From assembly GCA_963803975.1 (NCBI GenBank), contig CAWDOY010000040.1, positions 1 through 63,259 on the forward strand: a stretch of 63,259 bases of DNA, read 5' to 3'. Both the position numbers and the translations under genes were made by a program. Below the pieces are notes generated by a model, which saw only the letters and a list, made by a program, of their open reading frames with translations, was not told the DNA's origin and did not search any database. This stretch comes from an uncultured delta proteobacterium (GTDB lineage: Bacteria > Desulfobacterota > WTBG01 > CAIYCZ01). Shown piece after piece: positions 20,031 through 29,347 of the stretch (the stretch's first letter is position 1; each line of letters begins with the position of its first letter).

Positions 20031-21275
20031 ATGAAAAACAATTGCATTGAAATTTCCTGTAATGACCGTAAAAAGTCGCTGCCTGATGTGGCCTGTAATT
20101 CAGTAGAGAACAATTTTTTTGTTGTCTGGGCCGCCGTCCCGGGCGAAGACAAGCCAGACTGCAGATAACTTTATTTATGGACAGAAAATTTCAAGCCTGG
20201 GAGAGGCGCTGGGCGAGCCTGTTGAGGTGGTGAAAACCGAAGATGTGCTGATGCTGCCGCGCGTGCTGTACAACCCGAACAAAAATCAGTACCTGGTGAT
20301 CTACTGTCTGGGGGAAAGCTATTTCAATATTCGGGGCGTCATTCTGGATGCGGACGGCAGGGCTGTCGGGGGGCACTTCAAGGTAACCGATGTGCCTGCA
20401 AACCAGTTTCATTTCACCATGGCATTCAATTTCAGAAGAAATCAGTTTTTCATAACCTACAACGACTTCAGGGACGACGTCAGTAGTGTTTACGGGGTTA
20501 TCATAGATGACACCGGCGCGGCAGTGAAAGAAGAATTTCTCATCAGCAATGCGGCAGGGCATCAGGTGAACCCCGTGGCCTGCTACAACCCGCAGGATGA
20601 TACCTATCTTGTCAACTGGGAGGATTTCAGGGCTCACGGCGACAGCCTCCCTGCACTTGAAACGCTCGAAGTCACATGACCGATATCTACGGCGCGCTGC
20701 TTGCCGCAGACGGCACTGTTCTGGTCAATAATATCCCCATGTGCGCTGATGCCAACGGCATTGATGGCGATCAGCGCTTTAACGGTATCGCCTACAACTC
20801 AAAAACCAATCAGTTTCTGGCCAGCTGGACCGATAGCCGCGACAGCCTGCAAAACGTCGGCATTATGGGCAGAATCGTGAAAGCCGACGGCACCATGCCG
20901 GCGGGAGATTTTACCCTGGTTGATGCGCCCGGCGCACAGATGATAAGCCATACCCTGTATCTGCCGCAGGAGGATAAATACTTTATCGTCTTTGAGCGCG
21001 ACCGCAATGATGTGGATAAGTTTTATTTTAAGGACATTACCGCGCATCTGGATATAGCGGCCATGTGGCTTGATGCCAATGGTCAGCCCGAGGCCGGCAT
21101 GATCGATATTTTTAACGGTGACGGGAATCAGCGCTTTGTGCGCGTTGCCCATGACGCCAAAAGCAACACTTTTTTAATGGTCTGGCAGAGTGATTTTCCG
21201 GGCGTGTCCGATTCAGTAGAGGGACATATCATGAGCGCCGGCGGCAATATTTTGGGTAAAATATACAAAAAGTAA
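20031..21275 (+). CDS. Hypothetical repeat protein, probable beta-propeller; frameshifts near 20130 and 20676
   Basis: Recurring P.VAYN....YLV.W....I.G blades across three frames; GGAGA RBS before ATG 20031. Confidence 0.65.
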
Positions 21276-21295
21276 TCTGTCCTGATTCATGTACA

Positions 21296-21327
21296 ACAAA
21301 AGGAGCGGCGAAGACCGCTCCTTTTGT
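21296..21327. terminator. Bidirectional rho-independent terminator
   Basis: ACAAAAGGAGCGG-cgaaga-CCGCTCCTTTTGT between convergent genes. Confidence 0.85.
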
Positions 21328-21408
21328 ATGCTGCAAAATTTATCGGGTACACTAATTTTTTACATCCCCAGCTTCCCTACTGCCTCAGACAATCTCCAGG
21401 TTCCCTGA

Positions 21409-21909
21409 CTAATACCTGAGCATAAGCGGGACAGTGGGCCGGACCGGATTATTCGTATTTATGTCGTAGCCGTCATAGATGATCCGGTCCAGAGAGATGC
21501 CGTCACTATAGAGCTTTCCCCGCACCGTCACCTCGTCCCCGCTGCTTCGAGCTCTCAGCCCCACGTCAACTGCAAGCGAGTCCGGATACTGCCGGTACTT
21601 GTCCTCGTAGCAGCGCAGTTTCATCCCGTCTTTTTCCAGCATCAGGTACCAGGTCCAGAATAAACTTTTCCCGTAATAGGTAACCGGGGCGGACAGCTCA
21701 ATGTCTTTCCTCTTGTACAGATCATAATGCGCCATGACATCCTTTAGGGTGGTCACAATGACTACGTTCTTATCCTCGTATTGCGCCTGATTCTTCAAAT
21801 AGGTGTCAATATCAACCTTGATGAGCGGTTTCGGCGCGCAGCCTGCCATGCTCAAAAGCAGCACTATGGTAAGGGTATTTCTTTTTAGTAATTTAATCAT
21901 CTGAAACAT
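21409..21909 (-). CDS. Hypothetical lipoprotein (OB-fold-like)
   Basis: Lipobox MAG-C; beta-rich C-terminus (EVTVRGKL). Confidence 0.7.
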   Translation of the reverse strand: MFQMIKLLKRNTLTIVLLLSMAGCAPKPLIKVDIDTYLKNQAQYEDKNVVIVTTLKDVMAHYDLYKRKDIELSAPVTYYGKSLFWTWYLMLEKDGMKLRCYEDKYRQYPDSLAVDVGLRARSSGDEVTVRGKLYSDGISLDRIIYDGYDINTNNPVRPTVPLMLRY

Positions 21910-22146
21910 CTCCTGTTATTACCGGCCCTGCTTATTAATTTAATTAAGTTTAACATAAAGAGAGCATTGGAGCAATCTCTTGCACTTTGCTCCTAAAAAA
22001 CTGCGTTTCTTTCAAGAACAACCCCAAAGTACAGCACCGGGATCATTTGCCCGCAAGGACTATTCTATTGAAACCGGCGCAAAGATAGTATAGTGAACAT
22101 TTTCAGGACATATAACTCCCGCTGAGATGGCCAGAGCTTATTTACC

Positions 22147-22935
22147 ATGATACTTATTGCAGACAACCTGACCGTAACCAACAGGGCTGTGCAGAGGGCT
22201 CTTGATGAGAAAGACCCGGAGCCGATCCGGCACCTGGTGAAAAGATGCGAAGCCGCCGGAGCCGGGGCCATTGACATAAATCCGGGCCCCCTGGGCCGTG
22301 ACTCAGGCAGCAGGATGGCCTTTCTTGTCGAGACTGCGCAGGGCGTCACCGGTCTTCCCCTGTTCATTGACACGGCTGAGCCGCACGCCATGGAGGCAGG
22401 GCTTCGCGCGTGCAGGAACAGGGCGGTCATAAACGGCTTTTCCCTGGAGCCGGCAAAGCGGGAAGCAATACTTCCGCTGGCAAAAAAATATGATGCAGAC
22501 ATAATCGGCTATCTGCTGCGGCCGGACGGCCACGTGTCTTCCAGCGCTGAGGAACGGCTGCAGATTGCGTGCGCAGTATATGAAGCCTGCTGCAAAGCGG
22601 GGATTGAACGGGAGCGTCTGATACTTGACCCCATTATAGTTCCCGTGGCGTGGCAGGACGGAAATTTTCAGAACCGGGAGGTCCTTTCTGTCATCAGGCG
22701 GCTTCCCGATCTTTTAGGGTTTCCCGTGAGGACCGTTGCCGGCCTTTCAAACCTCACTGCTGCTGCCGGCCCTCAGGAAAAAAAATTGCTTCTGGAAAGC
22801 GCCTGCCTGTGCATGCTTGCTGAGGCCGGTCTTTCAATGGTGCTGATGAACATCTTTCATCAGGAAACAGTCAGAGCGGCCCGGGCCTGTCGCTCGCTTA
22901 TGCAGCCGGGCGTGTTTGCCTGGGAGGAAATTTAA
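22147..22935 (+). CDS. Pterin-binding methyltetrahydrofolate:corrinoid methyltransferase (AcsE/DHPS-like)
   Basis: GAGAIDIN.G, LPLFIDT, ING.S, LILDP, AGLSNL. Confidence 0.85.
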   Translation: MILIADNLTVTNRAVQRALDEKDPEPIRHLVKRCEAAGAGAIDINPGPLGRDSGSRMAFLVETAQGVTGLPLFIDTAEPHAMEAGLRACRNRAVINGFSLEPAKREAILPLAKKYDADIIGYLLRPDGHVSSSAEERLQIACAVYEACCKAGIERERLILDPIIVPVAWQDGNFQNREVLSVIRRLPDLLGFPVRTVAGLSNLTAAAGPQEKKLLLESACLCMLAEAGLSMVLMNIFHQETVRAARACRSLMQPGVFAWEEI

Positions 22936-23007
22936 TTATTGGATTTTTGGACCAGGCGTAAGACCTGGCACTGCCTGCGCTCTGTTTTTCTGCAAAATAG
23001 AACGTAA

Positions 23008-23066
23008 AATCTGGAACTCAAGGAATCAGGAAATTCCCCCCAGCGTGAGTTCCTGAGTTCCAGATT
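23008..23066. repeat. Palindromic intergenic element
   Basis: AATCTGGAACTCA ... TGAGTTCCAGATT; related copy at 41653-41714. Confidence 0.65.
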
Positions 23067-23132
23067 AAATAGTAGCAGGATAATTTTGCTCAGAGTTCTC
23101 CACCGTCAATTTATTCAGCGAAAGGAGAGGAT

Positions 23133-24649
23133 ATGAAGGCATTAAAAAGCGTTTTCTGTCTGGTTTGTATCTGCGGCTGCTCTTTTTCTGCGCCGCGCCG
23201 GCTGCTCACGCAGCTTCTCTTCCCCGGATGTATCCGACCTATTCCTACCAGGGAAGCTGGAAGGAGATCGGTAAACAGACCGCCATGCATTTCGGCGACA
23301 CCATAATGTATACCGGCATGGTTTTTAACACCTTTATGAATATTGGAGCAGATGAAACCCGGGCCTACTATGATGAGGTAAAAGAGCTCATCCCTGCATC
23401 CATACAGGAGCAGATGGAGGGCCTGGCACAGGGGCTGAATGAGTACTGGTCCGTTCCCTATGACACTGCCTGGACGTGGGTGCTGGTAGCAAACCTCGGC
23501 TTTGATATCATGAACAAGCACAGCCTGGAGAAAGAAGTGCAGGGGTGCACTGCGTTTGCCCTGCGCTCTGATCAGGGAACGTTTCTCTGTCACAACACCG
23601 ACAACTCCTCCGCCAATGTGGAGCTGGGTTCACTGATTTATTACCAGCCCGATAATGGCGACAATGCCTTCCTGTCCTTCTTCTCCCCTGCGTTTGTGGG
23701 CGCGGCGCTTGCCGTCAATGACAGCGGTCTCGCCGTCACCTACAATGTGGGCGGCCGGAATAAAAATCCTGCCGCAGGGCTGACCGTGCTGTTGAAAACC
23801 CGCGAGGTTATGGCCACCTGCAGCAGCGTTGCGGAAGCTGTTGAGAGCTTTACAGCATTTCTGGATGCGGGGGGGACCTATGGCTACAGCACGTCAAATT
23901 TCCTGTTTGTAGATTTTAAGGATTCCTCCATGGCCCGGCTCCAGGTCTGCTCGCATGAGATAAAAGTTACCTACGGACAGGAGCTGAAACCGGGGGTCAC
24001 CTATATCGGCTACACCAATGAGTTTGACGATGACTTCTCCCCTCGCACCGATGCGGACCTGGCCAAAGCCTCGGTTATCTCCTCGCAGGCGCGCTACAAA
24101 AGGCTTATGGAGCTTTTGCCCGGGTTTGAAAAATATGATCTTGAGACCTGCTGGAAAATACTGACTGACAGCTCAGGTGGAGAGTCCGACAATAATACCA
24201 TCTGCCGCAGGGGCGAGAGCACCATTACCACCATAGCAAATATTTTCTCCGGCACCACGGCCTACTACGCGGTGGGCCCGCCCTGCGAATATCTGTCGGA
24301 GTACGGCACACCCATGGCAGTAAACCTTGCCCAGAAGGTGCAGCCTGCAATTACCGGGCAGGTTACCGCTTTAGGCAAACCATTAGCCCATGCCCAGGTT
24401 TCCCTGGAGGGTAGCGCCGGTTCGGGGATAACGCTTAAAACCTACACTGATGAGAACGGCGCGTATCTGTTTAACAACCTGGAAAGCGGTACTTATAGAA
24501 TGCGGGTGAAAAAATTTCCGCATGTGCCCGGAAGAAAGGTTGTTGATTTTCAGAAAGGAAAACAGCAGACTGTGATATTAATTGCTCTGGCTTGTGGCCT
24601 CGTAACAGGCTGTTGCGAACAGCTTATCGCGCGAAGAACAGATCATTGA
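23133..24649 (+). CDS. Secreted C45-family Ntn-hydrolase with C-terminal carboxypeptidase-regulatory-like domain; frameshift in signal peptide
   Basis: QG-CTAF autocleavage site, HNTD, ITGQV..GKPL..TDENGAY; GGAGAGG RBS before ATG 23133. Confidence 0.8.
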
Positions 24650-25329
24650 CCCGTTCAAGGCCTCCCTGTTTGCCGAACAGTACGGAATAGAGCTTGACCG
24701 CCGGGTCGTGGTTTAAAACGGTCTGATGATAGTTCTCAAAATCCGTTTCAGCCTTTTTTCTCTCCTCTTCCGGGGCAGGAGCTGCCTGGTCAACCAGTTC
24801 CAGGAATATATCAAGGTATTCGTTGAACAGGTTAAGTGCCAGAGCATCACGTTCCGAGGGCACCTGCACATAACAATGGGCTTTTGACATGATATCGTTT
24901 ATCTTCCCTTTGAGCGTCAGGGGCTGCGCAAAGAGCTCCCGGTACCGGCCCTTTATGTCCAGCAGACGCTCCTCGACCCTGAGCCCGTCCCACCGCTCGC
25001 TGCGCACGGTCGGGTGAATGTCCACCAGAAACGCCCGCTTCGCTCCCATGAGAATTGTTTCCGAGGAAAATATGGGGAGATAGAATTCAGGCCTGGGCCC
25101 GAGAAAGATGGAGCGGGAGCACCGGGAAGAGGCCATGAAGTTTGTGGTAAGAACCATCACCCGCAGGAATTTATCAGATTCATATACCTTACCGTCAATT
25201 TTGATAATCCCCAGGGCCCGCAGGGGCCGCTCAGGAAACGGGTGCTTCAGGGCCATCTCCCTCAAGCGGTAACGGCTGGTAATCCGGTCAAGAAAAAGGT
25301 TATGAATATCTTTTAATTCTTCTGCCATG
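24624..25329 (-). CDS. Second FDBR/RCCR-like protein
   Basis: PEFYLPIFSSE, LVDIHPT, LFNEYLDIF, HDPAVKLYSVLFG..DLFF. Confidence 0.68.
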
Positions 25330-25354
25330 AAACCGGTCCCCCTGTGCAGCAATG

Positions 25355-25978
25355 TTAAGTGTCCTGTGCCTTTGCTATTTCTTCAACGAGGCGTACTCCC
25401 AGGGCAAAGGTCTGTTGCATTTTTTCCGCATACCGCTGTTCGTCGAAGTTGTGAATAAATCCGACGTAGAGTCGCTTGATGACCTCCACCTCCTCAACCA
25501 TGAAGTGCCCTGACATCACTTCAAAGCAGGGCTCGGCCATCTCCGCAAATTCATCCCGGGCACTTCCGGTAGCAATCAGCAGAGCCTTTTTCTTAAAATT
25601 CTGTTTTACCCGTGCATCAGGGATCCCAATATCACCTTTGGTTTTGTAAAACATGGGAAAGCGCCGTTCAATGAAAGCTTTCATGACAGCGGTAACGGTA
25701 AAGTCATACACCGGGCAGGCCATGATGTAGCCATCAGATTCCAGATATTCCCTGAGGATACCCGCCATATCATCCTTGAGAGGACATCTGCCGATGGGCA
25801 GCCCGTGGTTTTCATAGACACACTTATAACAGCCGCGGCAATAGGTGATATTATATTTTGCCAGATTAAACTGCTTAATTTCCGCACCTTTGCTGGCTGC
25901 ACCTCTTAAAACGCTTTCCGTAAACTGGGAGCAGAGACCCCTGGTGCGGGGACTTCCCATAAATCCTAAAATTTTCAT
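25355..25978 (-). CDS. Iron-sulfur flavoprotein / NADPH-dependent FMN reductase family
   Basis: GSPR, CxxCxxC...C, DDM, PVY..TAVMKAFIER. Confidence 0.9.
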   Translation of the reverse strand: MKILGFMGSPRTRGLCSQFTESVLRGAASKGAEIKQFNLAKYNITYCRGCYKCVYENHGLPIGRCPLKDDMAGILREYLESDGYIMACPVYDFTVTAVMKAFIERRFPMFYKTKGDIGIPDARVKQNFKKKALLIATGSARDEFAEMAEPCFEVMSGHFMVEEVEVIKRLYVGFIHNFDEQRYAEKMQQTFALGVRLVEEIAKAQDT

Positions 25979-26512
25979 AGACAGGTACTCCTTTGGAAAT
26001 GAATAATTATCAACGGAGCAATAATGTCTTTATAAATAAAAATGAGTATATGAGGATAAAAATGGAGTGTCAATTTTTATAAGAGCATTGCAGATCGAAT
26101 CCGGGAACCGGGGAACACAGGCCCGAGCTGGTGCAGATTTTTTTTCAATAAAGAACACGGTCGGGATAATTGATACCATTGCCGCAGGTAATTCCCTGTA
26201 GTCTGCAGGACTGGAGAGGTAGATATAAAAGCTGCTTAAAAGACTTAAGAAAATAAGAATAGCGCGGTGCCTTGCACATGGCTCCAGGTTGTGGTAAACT
26301 TCAAACCATATAAAGTCATGGCGGATAAGACGCTCAGTTTTACGGAATAGTGACACAGCGTTACACAAGCACAAGCAAAATATATACAATTTGAGAACTT
26401 TTCACGTGATTTTTAATATCTCTGTTCTGAAAAACACTCCTCTTTACGAGGGGCACTCACCGTATTTTAAATAATCGCTCTTCGCTGAAAAATATTGCCC
26501 TAATTCAGATAT

Positions 26513-26625
26513 ATCAGCTGGCGTCATCAGAGGCAGTGTGCAACAAGTGCCATACACTTGAGCGAAGCTATTGCAATGGCCCGTCATCATGCCATGACTG
26601 CCACAATGACGGTGACTATGGCTTC
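26513..26625 (+). pseudogene. Orphan copy of the 3' end of the multiheme cytochrome gene (direct repeat of ~31680-31788)
   Basis: Reads QLASSEAVCNKCHTLERSYCNGPSSCHDCHNDGD; no start codon. Confidence 0.85.
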
Positions 26626-26734
26626 TTCATTCTGTACAGTTGCCAAACATGGCAGTAGCGTAAAAAATTTCAGGGTATCGCTGACCGCTTGTCTGGGTCT
26701 GTAATGTATTCATCAAAGTAAGGGGTATAGTCTC

Positions 26735-27409
26735 TTGAAAATTCTGGTTGTAGAAGATGATAAAAGGATAGCCTCTTTTCTTTTGAAAGGGTTAAAGCAG
26801 GCAGGATTTGTCGTAGATCATGCGGACAATGGCGAGGACGGACTTGCCTTTGCACAGACTGGAATCTATGCCGCAGCAGTTATAGATATCATGCTGCCCA
26901 GGATGGACGGTTTGAGTCTTATTGAAGAGCTGAGGCGGGGAAAAGTAAATCTTCCGGTGATCATTCTGAGTGCCAAGCGTTCAGTAGATGACAGAGTTAA
27001 GGGACTTCAAAGCGGTAGTGACGATTATTTAACCAAGCCATTTGCCTTTTCTGAACTTCTGGCACGTTTACAAGCGATTATCCGCAGGTCAAGTGCTGCT
27101 ATTGAGCCGGCCCGTCTGATCGTGGGAGATATCTCTATGGACCTGCTAACCCGGGAAGTTATCCGGGAAGAAAAAGGGATCGACTTGCCGCTTCGTGAAT
27201 TTGCTCTCCTCGAATATTTAATGCGCAATGCAGGGAAGATCCTATCCAAGACTATGATTATAGAGAATGTCTGGGGCTATGACTATGACCCGCTAACGAA
27301 TGCTGTTGATGTGCTGGTGTGCAGATTGCGTAATAAGCTGGACAAAGATTTTGATAAAAAGGTGATTCACACCATCCGGGGAGTTGGGTATGTCCTTAAA
27401 GTTTCTTAA
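26735..27409 (+). CDS. OmpR-family response regulator (CusR/CopR-like)
   Basis: ILVVEDD, DIMLP, DDYLTKPFAFSEL, HTIRGVGY. Confidence 0.95.
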   Translation: MKILVVEDDKRIASFLLKGLKQAGFVVDHADNGEDGLAFAQTGIYAAAVIDIMLPRMDGLSLIEELRRGKVNLPVIILSAKRSVDDRVKGLQSGSDDYLTKPFAFSELLARLQAIIRRSSAAIEPARLIVGDISMDLLTREVIREEKGIDLPLREFALLEYLMRNAGKILSKTMIIENVWGYDYDPLTNAVDVLVCRLRNKLDKDFDKKVIHTIRGVGYVLKVS

Positions 27410-28808
27410 CCTTACCCGAAAAACTATCGGTTTCCGGTTGACCTTGTGGTATTCGATTGTGTTTATTCTGAGTTCTCTGCTTTTCTTTGCTCTTGCATAT
27501 TTTTTTCTTTCTGTATCTATCCAGCAAAAGGACAGGGAAGTTATTCAGTCTGAGCTCGAAGAGTATATAGCCCAGTATAATGAAGGGGGGGCCAGTGCCC
27601 TGCAACAAGGAGTTGACCTGCAGAAAGATCTCAGCGGTAAAAACCCTTTTTTAGTTCGGCTTGCCGGACCTGAAAACGAGACCGTTTTCTTGAATATCCC
27701 GGATAAATGGGCGGCGTTTGACCTTCGAAAGCTTGAAAAAAAAGATTACCGGAACAAAGGGCATTGGCTCTATCTGAAAACTAAAAACAACCAGGATATA
27801 TTAGAAGTAGCGCTGCAACGCCTCTCTGATGGTTCTGTGCTTCAGGTGGGCAAGAGCGTGGCAAACCGAACGGAACTTCTCGGCCGATTTAACAAAATCT
27901 TTGCCGGGGCTATACTGCTGGTAGTTTTTATAGGCTTAACCGGGGGTATTCTTTTTGCGGTCAAAACACTTCGACCGATTCGTCACTTACTGAGTACTAT
28001 CAACTCGATAATACATACAAGTAATATAAGTGCCCGGGTGCCTACCAGACATACCGGTGATGAACTTGATGAGATGAGTATTGCGTTTAACACAATGCTG
28101 GAAAGGATTGAAACGTTAATAACTGAACTGAAAATGGGGCTGGATAATGTTGCACACGATTTGCGCACCCCGATGATGCGATTGCGCGGTACTGCGGAAC
28201 TGGCGTTACAATCGGAACAGACTGAAGAAGTCCTCCGCGAAGCTTTAAGTGATTGTATAGAAGAGGCGGATAGAATTACTGCAATGTTAAATACTCTGAT
28301 GGACATTACCGAGGCAGAAACCGGGGTGATGAAACTGAATCTGGAGGAGGTTAATATTGTAACTCTGATCGAGGAGGCAGTCGATCTGTACGGTTATGAT
28401 GCTGAGGAAAAGCGCATTAAAATTCATACAACGCTGCCGGAAGAACTTTATTTGAACGCAGACTGTATCAGGTTGCGGCAGGTTCTTTCCAATTTGCTCG
28501 ATAATGCCGTTAAGTATACTCAGAGCGGTGGAACGATAGGTATTGAAGCTTTCAAAAAAAAACAACAAGCCACGGTAATTGTCAGGGATACCGGGATTGG
28601 AATTCCCGCTGAAGAAGTTTCCAAAATCTGGGACCGCCTGTATCGCGGTGACAAAAGCCGCTCACAGCGAGGGCTTGGCCTCGGGTTGAGTCTGGTTAAA
28701 GCTATTGTTCAGGCACACCAGGGATACATTGAGGTTAGCAGTAAGCCGGGTTCCGGCTCTTTATTCTCCATACACCTTCCCCTACTAACCGCTCCGCATC
28801 CTTCCTGA
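27390..28808 (+). CDS. Sensor histidine kinase (CusS-like; 2 TM, HAMP, HisKA, HATPase)
   Basis: RLTLWY, GDELDE, AHDLRTP, NLLDNAVKY, DTGIGI, GLGLGL. Confidence 0.95.
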   Translation: MSLKFLNLTRKTIGFRLTLWYSIVFILSSLLFFALAYFFLSVSIQQKDREVIQSELEEYIAQYNEGGASALQQGVDLQKDLSGKNPFLVRLAGPENETVFLNIPDKWAAFDLRKLEKKDYRNKGHWLYLKTKNNQDILEVALQRLSDGSVLQVGKSVANRTELLGRFNKIFAGAILLVVFIGLTGGILFAVKTLRPIRHLLSTINSIIHTSNISARVPTRHTGDELDEMSIAFNTMLERIETLITELKMGLDNVAHDLRTPMMRLRGTAELALQSEQTEEVLREALSDCIEEADRITAMLNTLMDITEAETGVMKLNLEEVNIVTLIEEAVDLYGYDAEEKRIKIHTTLPEELYLNADCIRLRQVLSNLLDNAVKYTQSGGTIGIEAFKKKQQATVIVRDTGIGIPAEEVSKIWDRLYRGDKSRSQRGLGLGLSLVKAIVQAHQGYIEVSSKPGSGSLFSIHLPLLTAPHPS

Positions 28809-28813
28809 TAACA

Positions 28814-28905
28814 CTTTCATCATTGTAATGTTTTAGAAAGAATCTTGTAAGCTCCGTGCTGTATTGTAGGATTATAGGATAAAGCAAGTTCCTGTCAATG
28901 AGCCA
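28814..28905 (+). promoter_or_regulatory. Putative response-regulator-controlled promoter, copy 1
   Basis: TTTCATCATTGTAAT plus 11-bp-period TGTAAT/GAAAG/TGTAAG boxes; ungapped homolog at 36571-36662. Confidence 0.55.
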
Positions 28906-29253
28906 TTATTGGTCATGACGATATAGTCTCTCAATAATTTTCCCGAAGGGTGCATGATGAAATATGCTCTAAATAAGAAGGGCGGGATTTTTTCTATTGC
29001 TGCCCTTGCACATTCAAAAAAAATGTATTACATACACATAAACTGCGTATACATAAATTTTTCCATACCTGTAAATCATTTTTGTCATTACATTCGCTTA
29101 CTCGATTATCCCCGTTGTTAAAAATTATTTAAAAACAGATGTAACAATTTTTGTCCTACCGTTAACAATAATGCATACCTTTATCGTGGAGAATGGCAGG
29201 TTGAAAAAATATAAACAAAGCTAAAACAACATATTAAGCATAATTCAACCACG

Positions 29254-29269
29254 TGGCACACTTTTTGTT
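29254..29269 (+). promoter_or_regulatory. Possible sigma54 promoter upstream of the cytochrome
   Basis: TGGCAC-N5-TTGT; -24 matches, -12 has GT instead of GC. Confidence 0.3.
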
Positions 29270-29347
29270 AGTTGATGAAACAATTTTTCAAAGTAAGAAA
29301 ACCATATAATTATAAAACACTAACTGATTAATAATTCATTTTATAAG

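Noticed and set aside
26030..26389. 119-aa minus-strand ORF (and 36230-36470 ORFs)
   Set aside because: No RBS or recognisable motif, in AT-rich degenerate DNA; at most gene debris
26513..26625. Diversity-generating retroelement template repeat for the cytochrome 3' end
   Set aside because: Mismatches to 31700-31788 involve G, C and T as well as A, and no intact reverse transcriptase is present; the only RT trace is a group II intron remnant
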